Below are positions 1-14,200 of a stretch of DNA of 64,000 nt, piece after piece. Under the pieces are notes generated by a model. It was not told where the DNA came from and ran no database searches. It worked only from the letters and a program-made list of their open reading frames with translations. Within the stretch, counting starts at the first letter, position 1. Each line of letters begins with the position of its first letter. Both the position numbers and the translations under genes were made by a program. The stretch lies in assembly GCA_009602735.1 (NCBI GenBank), contig WELA01003449.1, forward strand, positions 118,948 through 182,947. Direction: 5' to 3'. Origin of the DNA: Mesotaenium endlicherianum. Its lineage: Eukaryota.

Positions 1-61
1 GGGGGGGCAAGAGGGAGGAGGGAGTAGAGGGGGGGCGTATATGGGGAGCGGAGCATTCGAC

Positions 62-2121
62 CTGCTCCAGCAGCACCTCCCCGCGCATCTTGTGCGTCCA
101 GATGATCTCCGGCGTGTCCCAGTCGCCCACCATCGCGTTTGCAAACGCCTGCGGGCCCCCCCTGTTCAGGACGTACAGTAGGCTCTCGGGCAGCAGCCCC
201 CCCAGCACGCTACGCTTGGCTAGGGGCAGCGACGAGAGGGTGGTGGCCTCGGCTCCCCCGTGGAAGTCCTGCTGCAGGTGCGTGACGCTCAGCAGGTCCG
301 CCAGGTGGCGCAGGTTGGAGCCCCCGTAGGCGAGCGCGAAGTAGAAGGCGCCCGTCACATAGAGGCGGCGGAGGGCGGCGGGGTTCTGGGCGGTGACGCT
401 CTGCAGCAGCCGGGCGGCGCCGTCCACAATGGCTGGCTCGCCCGTCAGAAGGGCCTGCAAGCATGCGCCATGCGCCCCGCCGCCATGTGTCACGGCATTG
501 TGGTAAGACAAGGGTTGCTAGCAGATATGCATAGTAGCCTGTTGATCAATTACCGTCAAAGCACACTAAGTATGTATGGACACCTGTGAGCGGGAGCAAC
601 CTCATGGGCGGGGCACCCTCGTGCGCACGAGCTGAAACACATACGCATGCTTTCGCAACAAAACACGACGAGACAAACTTCTTCTATTCTTGTAAGCAAG
701 AGAGTGCCTGCACATTTATTCAACTAGCGCAGATCTGAAGAAAAGTGGTGAGACACGTGACATGGCCCCACTCCCGAGTGAACTGCAATTGCAAAGGCAC
801 TAAGTACCCCTAAAGGGCACACAGGCACGCAAGTTCGCCTTGCATGTGATGAAATGCAGTGCCGTAGAGGATGCCAAGTGGCATGCGGGTGGCTTGTGGA
901 GGCAGTCGCATGAATATCCAGCTGGTAGCAGCAGGGGACAACAGCTCGCGCAGTGGGCCGCCCGCAACAAAGAAGGAAAAGTCAAGACTGGGCGACGGGG
1001 CGGCATGCGGCACCTGAGCAATGTGGGGGAGACACGTGGCGCTCGACAGGATGCGCTTCACGCGGGGCGTGGGGATGATTTGCTCGCCAGCTGTGTTGAG
1101 CGCGGAGCGCACGCTGATCATGGAGTGGAGGATGGAGAGGGCCACCTCTCCCACCTGCAAGGAGCGCCATTTGGGATTTGCAACTGATATGATGTGAATT
1201 TTGTCTGAATATTGGGGACCTCAGATCACCACATCTGTGCACGCATGCTGTCTTTGTGTGTGCGTGTGTGTGCGCGCGTGTGCGGGCAAAGCAAGTATGA
1301 TTTTTCCATGTTCGCTAGTAAGAGATAGACACAAACTTTAATGCAGGCATTGTGTGCAAATATTACATATTCAAGTATGATGACAGTAGTGGCTCTACCT
1401 AAACCTAAAAGGCTTTACGGAGGACTCAAACACTTGGCTCGGACTGGGAGAGCTGCACAAGAAGAAGAAAGGGAACGCAGAGAAGAGAAAAACTAAAAGA
1501 GAGACCTAAGAACCTGAGCTCTCTGAAGCAGATGTTAAACGTCTCGATAACAAAAGAGTGGGCCTGGGGTGGGGGGGGAAGGGGCCCCAAGAGCTCAGGA
1601 CCATCATGCAAAGTCTGTTGTGTTGCAGACGACGACGCAGGCGACGCCCGAGCAGTCACTGAAGGAGTTTATCCCGAGCAAGGACAGGCTCTGCAGGAGC
1701 ACGCGCGCATACTGCAAGTCCCCAGTTCTCAAAGTAGGACTGTAACACAGTAATGCGCAAGGCAGCTGGCGTCATGCAAGGGGGCGTACCTGGACAGGTG
1801 TCAGCACGGGGACGCCCGACGCCATGGCCCACCTGAGCTCCCTGATGTGCTGACGTGGCCGCCAATCTGGCATGCCTTCCCGCCAGAACTTGGTGCTCGT
1901 TCCGATCTGACCCTTGGCCCACGCTCGCCTGAGGGCGTCCTTCTCGAAGGGCCCCGCCTGCGCGCCACCTGGCAGTGTGTAGAACCACTCCTTTGTGGGC
2001 TCCGAGTGCGCGGTAGCGGCGATCATGTTGGACTGCGCGCGGCAAGTACAAAGAAGAAGATGTATGCATATGAGTGTATACATGAGTATGATATATACTA
2101 ATGAGTTGCCCGCATTTGTGT

Positions 2122-2177
<56 letters not shown>

Positions 2178-5100
2178 TGACAGACGCACAGAGAGAGAGA
2201 GGGGCGTAGTTTCTACAAACGCCTGTATACAAGATATACACACACAAACACACAAACACACAAACATGTGCATACTTGCGAGAAGCCGTAGTCCTTTTCC
2301 CAGCAACCACAACAATCTGCAGAACCACCACCAACGTTGCATTTGTGCGACAAATGCGTTCCGCACACGTGGGGCTAGCACTCCAGTCCTTCGCCAGAGA
2401 AAACTTGTGAGAAAACACAAATGACACTGACAGGACGTCCATTGCGCATGTCCGAATAGCCGGTATGGTATGTGTGTAAGAACCCCCAAGCGCGGAGTGC
2501 GCTGACTTCAGCGTCCGAGGTACACCAGGAGCGTCGTTATGTCAACAGGAGAAGAAAAAAAGAGGGACGTAAGCTTTCAACCTTCGCCAACCCAGAATAT
2601 TTTAATTAAAAAAACTGAATGATGTACCTGCAGAGGAATGGGCGTCCTCTCCGAGGCCTCGTGGGCAGTCGTGAGCAGGTCCACAGCCAGCTGGCATCCC
2701 CCCACCGCAACACACGCCTCTGCATTCTCCGGGACTCTCACCAGCGCCTGCTCACAACAGGGTCGAGCCTCCATTGAGCTCTCGCCCTAAACCCCTCAGG
2801 TCCAAAACCCTACCCCCTGGACTACTCAAAGAGACACGCCTGCTTGTAAATACTGAGCTTCCCAACCGACCTTCTGTGGAGGACCCTGATTGCCAGAGCG
2901 TCTGGAGATAATAGCACAGCAACATCAAACGGAGGACTTCTTTTCCTTTTTGGGAACCCAAAGCCCCTTGCAGAACCTGCGCATCTCGGTGCGTGCAGAA
3001 AATGCACCTCTGAGGCGTGACTCTGTGTCAATCACCTGCAGCAGCAGTAGCAGACAGCAGCAGCAGCAGCTAGCAGAGGCAGCAGCAGCAGGCAGCAGTG
3101 CAGCGCACGCTCCTTGGTGCCATCCACCTTGACCTCACCGCTGGCCCTAAACCCAGATTCCGTCTCGCAGTCCTTAAACCCTAACCCCTCGATGCGGGGC
3201 TCAGAGCAGAATCACCTGCAGCAGCAGCAGCAGGCGGTGGCGGAGGGCGCGGTCGCCGGTGCGGTCGAGCAGCACCGTCACGTGCGCGGTGCCGTCGAAC
3301 GGGCCAATCGCGGCGCTGTGGCGCGCGTACACCAACGCCATGGCGCGCGCGCACAGCTCGCGCACGCGCGCCCAGTTGCCGCCGCCAGCCCCGCCGAAGT
3401 CGTTGAGGCCTGCAATGTCGCACCGCTCCTCCTCCGGCCTACGTGATATATTGCACATAAGTGAGCGAGCGAGCGAGCGAGGGCGAGCAAGAGAGCGAGG
3501 GCGAGCGAGAGAGCGAGGGCGAGCGAGAGAGTGGCAGCGAAAAGGACGCTGCCCCGGTCAGAGCAGCACTCACGTGCGTCTGTGTGCGCGGACAAGCAGA
3601 CGCGCAGACGCACAGGCGCGCAGGCGCTTGCTGCTCCCCAAGAACGACGCTCCCGGGTGAGAGCAGCGCTCGCGGCCTAGGCACGCGCTAGCGCGAGCGC
3701 GAAAACGGGAACGCTCGCTTGCGGACGGCGACGCTCTCAAGTCAGAGCAGCACTCACGGCCTCAGCGTGTGGACGTGCGACATCACAGGCTTGCTTGCCG
3801 AGAGAGACGCTCTTGTTCGAGAGCACCTCTGAGAAGTGGGACAGGAGAGGCACGCCTCTGCCTGCATGCGTGTCCTGTGGACCGTTCGTGACGTGCAGTC
3901 GACAGGTCCTTGTTGAGGGGTACTCACACGCGTCAGCGCAATAAAAGATTGCGTCAAAAAACGCGTTCCTGCTAGACCCATGCAATAGCACGTATTTGCG
4001 TGAAGGTGCCGACTGTTGGCGAGAGTGTAGATCGCACTCTGCACACGCTCTCGACAAAGTGGTCACACAGCGCGCGCACGCACGTGTGACAAGTCGCAGA
4101 TGCATGCAGAGAGACACAAACACACAGACATACACACACACTCGCACGCACGCGCGCATGTCACTGTATCGAGAGGCAGGCTCTCTCGCGCACTCCCCCT
4201 GCCCTCGCCTCACAATGACCACAGAAGGCTCCTCGGCTACTACTGGCGAGACAAGTGTCAGCCTCCTAGTCTCTCCATCCGCATGCAATGACTCACTTGG
4301 CCAGCAGCAGCGAGCAGCTGGGACTCGGTGCCCTCGCTCACTAGAGGGAGCTCGCGCGGATCCACAGTTCGGGGCTTCATTTCCAGAGTTCATAAATTGA
4401 GAGCTTTGAGAGTTGCGATTGATCTTGGTTATGATGCGGACACACAGGGGATTGGCGTCACAAGGGGTTGAGGATTTAGGAATTATAGTTTAAAGTTTCA
4501 GGGTTCACATTTAGGGTGCATGGACTAAAGTTCTGGGCTTAGGGTTCTGCCGCACTCACAGGGGGGGGTCGTCCAGGGCCTCGCCCTCAAGGGAGGGGCC
4601 CGTGTCCGCCTCGCACAAGAAGCGGTGATAGAGCGCGCGAAAGAATGCCGCAGGGTCGCGCAGGGGGAGCGCGGGGGTGGGGGGCGGGTTGGGGGCCTGG
4701 CGCCGGGCGGCGCGGCCACCTGGCGGAGGGGCGGGGGCGCCAGGTGGCGCGGCGTCGAGGAGGAGGCGGAGGTAGTAGTGGCCCACGCAGAGCTCGTGGG
4801 AGAGGGAGGCGTATCTGACGCGCATCTCGGCGTGGTTCCAGCTTGGTGCCGCCCCGGCCTCCGCTGCCACCTGGCATTCCCCGGCGCCATCGGCGGTGCC
4901 TGCGGTGCAGGCAAGAGGGAGGAAGTGAGCACGAGAAAGAGGCCAAGGCCATGGCAAGAGGGGCGTGGGTAGAGGTGAGGGCGATGGAATAGCAATGGAA
5001 GGGATGGAAGATAATGAGTGGCGCCCAGAGGAAGAAGAGAAGACAGAGCGAAAGGAGGAGCGGTGGGGGAGAAGAAGAAGTGGGGGAGAAGAGGCAGCTG

Positions 5101-8100
5101 CACAAAGAGAGAGCCAGGCACAGACGTCAAGGAGCAGGCCTGAGGAGAAAGTTATGGCTGGCTTACTCGGGCCAGCTTGGTTGCCAGTCGGAGCGCCACC
5201 TGCCGCGCTCCTGTCGCCGGAGCGCTCGCGTTCGACGTCCAGGTGTCGGATCTCGGCATCTAGCGCCTCCTTCAGCTCCTGTCTTGTCAGCGCGTTCCAT
5301 ATCAGATCTGCGCGGCTGTGGTCCCGCCCAAACTGGCGCCAGAGCTCCGCCCAGTTCAATGACAGCGCGCCAAGTGGCGCATTCCTGTCGGCCGCAGCCG
5401 GGTTTGCCTCCTGGTGAGGCGGCTCAGGTGGTGCGCTCGCAACACTTGGCAGGAAGTCCGCGACAGGTGACTCGGGCGCAACAGCTGGCAGGCTGTCAGC
5501 GCCAGGACTCTGCATGAGTGCTGACAAGGACCCTGGGACCGCCACCTGGGGTTGGTCTGCCACGCTGGCAGGGGCAGCCGGGTGCGGCGAGCTCGACACC
5601 TGAGTCGGCGCTGATGTGGAGGGGTGGGGAGAATTTGTAGCCCCCCTTGTGGGTCCAGCGTCGTCAGTAGAGCTCAGATTGGAATTCTGATTGGTATTTG
5701 TTGTTTTAGGATTGGGACCAACGTGGAGGCTCTTGGTGGGGCCGATGCCAGCTGGAGGCGCGTCGGGTGCGCCACCTGGCACACCGCCGGGCGTCAGCAG
5801 GCCTGCGCCGGGCGGCTGCGCCGGCGACGCCCCTGCACCACCGCTGACATGTGGCAAGAGGGCGCTTGTGCTTGCACTCTGCAGGCTGCTAGTGCTGACA
5901 CGTGGGCTTTGGCTGGGCAGGGGCGAGGATTGCCTGTGTGCTCTTCCACCTGTTGCCACCTGGAGGGTAGACAGCGATTCCCTCTGGTGGGACGCACTGG
6001 CTGCTGTGGTCCCCGCCTCCAGGAAGGCAGCCGGCCCAAAGACGCCACGTGGCACTCTCCCCTTGCGCTCTTGCAGCAGCCGTTTCAGCTTCCTCTGGGC
6101 CGACGAAAAGGAGGCTGCTGATTGGCCGAAATCCATTCCCATGAAGGAGCCTGGCTGGTGAGATAACACCTGGCGCGAGCCCAGCCCGCCACCCCGGCCT
6201 GGCAAGGACGGAACTAGGTCCGACTCCTCTTCCTCCTCATCGTCCGCCTGGCGGTCGCTAGATGGTGTCACATGCAGGTACGCCACGAGCCCTGGCACGA
6301 CAGGTGGCACACGTGGAAGATCAGCGCGGGCACAAAGTTTCATGCCTTTCAAAAACACACAGCATGCATTTACATTCGTGTGGCAGAGCGTTGGGCTTGT
6401 GCAACCCTCACAATGGTGGCTGTTGACTTGTCTGCTTGGCAGCCCAAACTCAGCTCAAGCGAGAAGAAGAAACCTCTGAGAGTCTGAACCCTAATCCTGG
6501 AAACCTGAGATATTTGTAAGATATGGCTCAAGATGAGCGAGAACTCAGCTTAGATGAACTTCACCCTGGTGGGCTGCTAGAATCAATGCGAGCAAGTTAG
6601 GACTGGATTTAGGTTAGGGCAAGTTTGAGTGAAATTACAAAAGCATTTTGGCGTCACAGTTCGGGGATGATACTGAGTTCCAGATAGTCAAGATTAGCCA
6701 CCTGGGGGGATGCATCGGGACAGCAGCTCGAGGGCAGGGGGATGGCCGTCGGCCCACAGGGCCACCAGCTGGCGGCTGACGTCGCGCTTCTCGCCACGTG
6801 GCAGGAAGAAGGCCCCCGCCAAGTGGCGCAGCAGCGCGCCGTCCCTGAGGGCGGCGTCCCGCATCGGCACCGCCGCCCGCGGGTCCTCCTCTGCGATCGT
6901 CCTCATGATGACAGCTGTCGCCTCGCGAGTGCCCTCCGCCGGGTGGTTGAAGAGCGCAAACAACCGCCGCCGCAGGTTTGCCACCTGTCAAGTTAGGCAG
7001 GAGCAGTAGCAGCGGCAAAAGAGGATAGGGCGAGTGGATAGTGAGAAAGAGAGAGAGGAGACCGGAGAATGGGGTCAGGGGAGAGGGCAAGGCAGGGGCC
7101 AGGGCCAAGGCTGATAGGTGTGACAGTTGAAGCTGGCAGGTTCTGGAGATAGCGCAGTTTCTAGCATAGAAGTACTTGTTTACACCGTCTAGACTCCAAT
7201 GAGCACAGAATTGTACTTTGCAGAACAAGAACCCGCACAAAGCTTTGAAAAATTCCGCCCCAATCCCGAACCGAAATCGTAGTCCCAAACCACAACCTTA
7301 AGACCCATGCCAAAACCCAAACAAAACCCCCAAGCTTTAAATCCACACAAAAGAAATCCCAGACCAATCTCTGCAACCAGTGATCTAAAGCCCGCACTGG
7401 AAAGATCTAAGCCCCCAAGCAATTAAGTTAAGCCCTCAACCCTCTCCCCGAAAAGGATCCCCACCTGGCGAAGCGTCTCGTAGAAGGTGCGGTCGTCGGT
7501 GGACTCGCTTGTCGGCTCGCAGAGTATCGCCTCGAGCACGTCCACGATGCACGCAGACAGCAGGGGGGACACGTGGCGCGCGCGCAGCCGCCCCACGAGG
7601 ACGGCCGTCTGCTGCGGGCTTGCCAGCGTGGCGCTCTTGGCCTGCGCCAGCATGGCGTGGCGGTCCCCGCGCGTATGGTGCGCGGCCGCCAGGTGGCTGT
7701 CGCCGGGGCCCCCGCCTATGAGCATGGTCAGGAGTCCTGCGGCGGGAAGAAGTGAGGGAAAAAGTGAAAAAAAGGCGAGATAGGGGGAAGCAGAAAGAAG
7801 GGGAGGGGAGGGGACGAAGAGAGGAAGGAAGAGGGGAGGAGGGGGGGTCTTGAGTTGGAAAAGGGTCAGGCTATCTGCATGTCCGTAAGTGGTATGAGTC
7901 TTTTTACACACAGAGGAGAGTAACAATCACCACCCCCAGGGCACCAGTTTAGTCAACAGGGACTATGATTGGGGTGATGAGCGGAAAAGGGCAAGGCATC
8001 AGAGCCTATGGAGGATAAACAAAGTAAGTGCAGGGTTAGAGTCACAAATATGATGAACTGCGGAGTGGGACCTGCAGGCTGCCAAGGGTCAGCTGTTCTA

Positions 8101-8210
8101 TATATCCACAGGTATGAAGACATGTACACACATAGTGTGCAAAGCATTATATGTCTGTGGATGTACGTGCGCATGTGCGCGTGAGGGCATGCGTGTGTGT
8201 GTGTGTTTGT

Positions 8211-8254
<44 letters not shown>

Positions 8255-11200
8255 GCGTGTGTGTGCATGTGTGCGTGCGTGCAAGCAAGCGAGCGTATAC
8301 ATGCATGTTAGACTTAGCAGTGAAATTTTGGGCAGTCACATGGCTTTTCGTATGAGATTATATGCATCAAGTGGCAAGACCATAGTGAAGCATATAAATA
8401 CAGGTAGATGCACAAGCATATATTCACACCATATATTCACAAACACTGGCACGCCCCCTCCCAAACAAATTACAAAAACTCATAAAAAGAACTGAAGGTA
8501 CACCTTTACAAATGTTCAACACATACAATGGATATACCCATATATAAATGTGCACGTTAACGTATCTAGATACCTGTACATATTTACCTACATATATAAA
8601 TATAATGCAATCGTACATGAATATATACATACATATGTACATATCCATATCTATCTACATACCTTTACATGTACAAATTTACATATATACATGCATGTAT
8701 CTGCACAGATGCAGGCAAACATATTGCCATTGAACTCCTACCAGCTGCCTCGGCGGCCACAAGACCGCTGCTATTCCTAAAGCTTGCTGGAATTACATGT
8801 ACAAGAAAGAAATTATATGTGTATGCACATCAATTGACATATATACGTATGTGTAGATATAATATTTACATCCATTTACATCATATAATATGTCATATGT
8901 ATATGTGCAGGCGTGACACATATACATGTATATGTATGTATATATATGTATTTGATATATTATATGATGGCGCAAGAGTCCTACCAGCTGCCTCTGCGGC
9001 GACGCCCTCGCTGCCGTTTCTGAGGAGCCCCATCACGCGCGCAACCGCGCCAGGCATGCCAAGCACCAACGCCGACGCGCCATGTGTCGCCAGCAGGCGC
9101 CTCAGGCATGCGAGCAGGCCGATGTAGGTGGCGGCCGCCTTGGGGGAGGGGGCGGGTGGGGGAGGCGCGTCTGGGGGCAGGCTGGGGGGGGGCGGCAGCA
9201 TGGAGAGGAGGGCCATGAGGGCGACATCTGGCACGTCGGCGGCGGGCGGCAGGCCGGAGTAGGGGACGACGGCGTTGAACTCTCTGACGCGCCGCCAGAG
9301 GCGCGCCTTGGAGCCTGCATGCGGCGCCAGGTGGCGGGCCGGAAACGGCGGAGGGACAGGTGTCAGGCGACGGGCATGTAGACGTGCTGGTGAGCATGTG
9401 AGTGCACCTCGAGTGTGTGGTGGTCTGCCTTTTGTACGTTTATGGGGTGACTGAAGCGTTGGGAACCAAAGGCTGATCCTATGTCTTCGCACTTAGAGGT
9501 GAAACATATTAACATGCATGACATGCATATCCACGCACATACATGCAAATATATACAAATATACACAATCATATGCGCCAATAAGCAGCGGAGGTAGAAA
9601 ATAGCCCCGGGTACCGAGGATGTGCGCTGACAGTTTCCCTAGTGAGAATTTCCATCAATACATCCTTTTGTGTCTCCTCGTCTCCAGTTGCATGTGTGCG
9701 TGCATGGGAACATGCGAACTATCGTGCAAGCACGTATGTATGTGTGCCTATTTTTGCATGTGTGCGTGTGTGCGTGTACACGTGTTTGTGTGGGCTGTGT
9801 GTGTATGTTTGTGCCTTCATTGTGTACATACGCAGATACTGCCTGGAGGAAACTCAAGCAGCGCCGGTTCAAATACAAGCCAATCGCTCAGTGTATAGCA
9901 ATCCCACAGGATACGGGGACTTGTGCGCACGGAACGAGAGACTTTCACAGACTCGCAGGCTTGCGATGACGTCGCACGCCCACACGCGCGCGCGCGCGCG
10001 CGCGCTTCCTTGGAGGCGTCGCTGATCGATGTAATACACATACATGTAGCTCCACCCTCGAGCCTTATGTACACTATACGTCCACATGCTGGTGTGTTGG
10101 CGCATATGCAGGGAGCAGTGTGTGTTTTTTGTGTGAGACTTCTACACGGCATGAACCAGAAACTGCGTAAGAACAAGGTTAATCCCTGTGTTCGCCGTAG
10201 GACAGGTGTCCGCACCTGGGATGGACCCCTGCTCCGCGACCGCGTCCTTGGCGGCAGCCGCCAGGTGGCGCACGGCCAGCGACTCCGCGTCGGCCTCGCC
10301 GAAGAGCCTCTGGGCCGGCCCCTGCGGCTGGGGTGGGGGGAGATCGACGCTCCCGCTGTGGGGGTCCAGCCTGTGACCTGGCATCGTCAGGCGGGGCAGC
10401 ACTGGGAGGGGCCTGTTTCCCTGCAACGTTTGATGATCAAGCAATAATGGGTGGTATTAACTCGCCGAGGAAAGACAAAAAAAGATTTACGCCACGCCAC
10501 GTGGATAAGTAAGAAGATTCGACAGGCAAAAAGGAAGACGCAAAGAGTGCTGAGGTGGCGCCCGAGGGTCGGGAGGAACGGGGCTACTTTCTGTCGATTT
10601 TGACTTCAGAGAAGGACCTCAATCTCCAAGGAGAAGGGGGGGAAGNNNNNNNNNNNNNNNNNNNNNNNNNNNNNNNNNNNNNNNNNNNNNNNNNNNNNNN
10701 NNNGGGGGGGGACTTCACAAAGGGCAATAAGCGCCAAGAAGGATAAATACTCTTCAAGGAGGAATGACATTCTTCAACAACACCGACAACGAAAAAAATT
10801 AAAAAACATGAATGTATTTCAGAAAAAAGGATGATGTCCTTCAGAATAGAGATCATTCCCCCCCCCAAGGCAAAGCAACGACGTAAAATGCCTCTCGGAA
10901 ATTGCATCATCCCCCCCCGGTACAATAGGCGCAAACTCCACATTGTGCTATTGCATCGTAGAGTGCAGAACGGCTGCTCCCCGCGCAATCGCCTGATGCC
11001 GGCAGGAGAAGGAAGCCCATAGCAGTGATGGAGAATCTTTGGATGAAAAAGCTATGGGGCCGAGAAGACAGGGCCAGCAGTCGGCGCGCGGCACTCTCGC
11101 CCCCCCACTGATCATGGGGGCCGGGCGGGCAGCTCCAGCCGCATGGTGACACGTGGCGCGAGGGAGCCTGGGGGGGCCCACGTTGGTCGGTGGATTGCGT

Positions 11201-14200
11201 CGGTCGACAGTTGACAGCCGGCCTCACCTCGGCCTGGATGGCGTCTCTGAGCGACGCCAGCAGGTGGTCCCGCGAGATGCTGCTGTACACCTGCAGGCGC
11301 GACACGCGAGCGCAGAGCGAGAGCGCCACGCGGGAGCGCAGCCCCGGAAGCGCAACAGCAGAAGAAGAGAGCGTCACTGCAAGGAGCGCAGCGCAACAGG
11401 AGAGGCGCGGGCACGGCTCGGAGGTTTTGCTGCCGCCAAGGCATGCTGAGCGATTGTTTAGCACATGCATACACCTGTATATACAGATTTCTACACTTAT
11501 ACATACATATATATATTCATATGAATATACATTCATATATCCTTATCAGGCAACCCCGTGCCGTGCAGCCGCGCGTGCGCCTGCAAGCATGGCACAAGAG
11601 CGTGAAGAAACCGAGAGCGTACAATACGAGAGCGTAACGCACACGGGAACAGGACGGGGCTAAAAAGCAGTCGCAGGCGTCCGGGCGCAGTGAACGACTG
11701 TCCAACATACATGCAAGCATCTGCACATTTGGGTATAGGACAAGAAGGGCAACGCTCTGCACTACCGTACATGGTGGGAGGGGGGAGGGGGAAGGTGGGA
11801 GGTGGGAGGGGGGAGGGGAAAAGGTTGGAGGGGGAAAGGGGCCGGGGGTGCTGATAGCGGAAGGAGATCCCATCTGTAAGGCTGTGCATCTTGTTGGGAA
11901 CACCACATTTCAATGGAAAACCGAGAAGAGCCACCCTTGGGGAGAGGGAAGGAGGGATGGGGGGGGGAGGGGGGTAGCTAAGAGCTTCAGATAAAGCTGA
12001 AGCCGGAACTGAGAGGAAAGAGGGGCAGGAATTTTTCCATCACGCGGAACGCGCGCGTGCGCGCGAGCAGAGAACAGAAAAAAATTATAGGCGCTTGCCG
12101 CTTGATCAGCCACGTGTCGGGGGGCGCGTTGGTGCCCCCTCCGGCCTGGAGACGTTGAGACTCCGAGAAAGAACAGTGGGCAGATGGAAGCTCTACGGAC
12201 GGCTACCGGCACACCACCTGGCAACCGGACAGCCGGACAGCCGCCGGGACTTGAGCTTAGGGTTTAAAATCAAATTTGAATTCTAACCTACAATCTTATT
12301 ATCATCATGTATTAGATTTTATTTATATTTATTGTTTATTATTCATTAATCTTGCTACGGTCCTGGGCTCTTGTACTTCCCCACTCGGCCTTTCAAATAA
12401 ATTTTCCGGCAGGGGGGGAGGTGAGTCTCAAGCGGAAAAGAAAGGGCGGCAGTTAGGCAGTTAACGCACGAGGGTGGGGCAGCCGTTGCCAAACTCGACG
12501 GCAAACATCTGGGGCTCCTCCGCAAACCGCACGAGCGCCGAGGTCGTAGAGAGCGGCTGCGAGAGCGCCACCTGGCAGGACGGGACAACAAGGGCAAGGC
12601 ATGGCCGGCGCAACAACGCAGAGCGAGGCGCCCGGGCAGGCAGTGAGTGCAACAGCTGTGGTGTTTATGCACGACAATGCTGTTCCCGACGGTTGGGTTG
12701 CAGGCAAGAGATACGTGTGTGGGCGTCCTATGCTTCACGTAGGGAGGAGCAGCATGACAGGAACGCGGAATTGGTCCGGTTGGCCGAAGTGCGTCTGCCT
12801 GCGCATGTGCGTGTGCACGCGCGTGACTGAGTACGTGGAGCCACACTGCAAAAAAGGTAGGAGAGCGTGCCACAGAAATATGACAAACTTATTCTCATTA
12901 GCAAAAAAAAACACTCTCTAGTAGATGAACTTTAGTAACCCCCCGGGACCCCACAGGCTCACAAGACAACCTTGCACCCTGGCGCTCTTCCTTGAGCGTT
13001 TCAAGCAACATCAGTCCCCCGCCGCTGCGAGGTATCAGGACTTGTACGCGCACTCCAGGAGTCTAAGATTGTTGCTCCGAGCACTCACCTCGTAAGTGAG
13101 CGCGTGGCGTTCCACAAGGAGCGTCCTAGTCAGCACCAGCTGGCGGGACACCCTGGAGCTGTCGTCGCCAAGTGTCAAGCCCGTCCCCTGGGTCATGCGC
13201 AGGGCGGGCATGGGCGCGTAGCCCTTGCCAGCTGTTCTATCCCTGATAACCGACCACGCGCCGACAGGTGTTTCCTGCTTCCCAATCGCTTCTGACGCTG
13301 CGGCACACGCATGTGCGCGCATGGAGTACTGTCAGCGGCATGCATGACAGCTGGCATGTGACAGGTGGCGCTCGGAGAGTGGAGGTGGCAACAAGAAGGA
13401 TGAGAAGCTGACCGGTCACAACTACTTGACCTGTTGACTGGCCCAACTGGTTGACCCACAAACACACTGCCACCTGGCAAGCACAGTGGCTGGAAGGTGC
13501 CCGCGAGCTGGCCATCTGACAAGGATGCCAGCTAGCAAAGTGATAAGGCCAACAGCTGACAAGCTGGCAAGAGGGGGGATTCGGAGGCCGCTTCTTGATA
13601 CAGAGCATATTGTTGTTTGTGGGTTGTGATTTGCCACGTGTCAAAAGCGCAGCAGCTGACTTCATGGGAGCAGCACGAGGAGAGGTGGGGCCCACAAGGG
13701 CAGCGGACGGCAGCAGCTGACCTCGTCTGGCAATGAACTGCTGTACGTCCATCTTCGCTGACGTGTCAACCTCCACGTGGACCCCCACGTGCAGCTTTGC
13801 CATTGCCACCTGGCGCACGCTCACGCGCACAGCGATCGCAGAGCGAGAAAGATGAGAACTTCTCAATGCTCTCAGAATGATAATAAACATCGCATACTGT
13901 AGATGAAAATATAGTACACATATACATGCACTCAAAAATGTGTGCATAGATGTATGTGTACATAGGTGTAAATGTACATGTATATTTAGAAATGTGTGTA
14001 CATATACACATATATACATATACATACATCTATGTATATATGTATGTTACACTATATATTTACACAAACATGTTAGAGCGTACATATATCTTTATAGAGC
14101 TATCCAGGTGTAGGCACGGGTGTATAATTGATTCAATGCACATGCAAGTTGACTAAAACATACACATCTTTTCGCTTGATGCTCCCTCTCCGGCTTTTTA

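Noticed and set aside
300..310. GCCAGGTGGCG resembles the animal CTCF core motif
   Set aside because: CTCF is not known in green plants, and the enriched pattern is a symmetric GMCANNTGKC palindrome rather than the asymmetric CTCF site.
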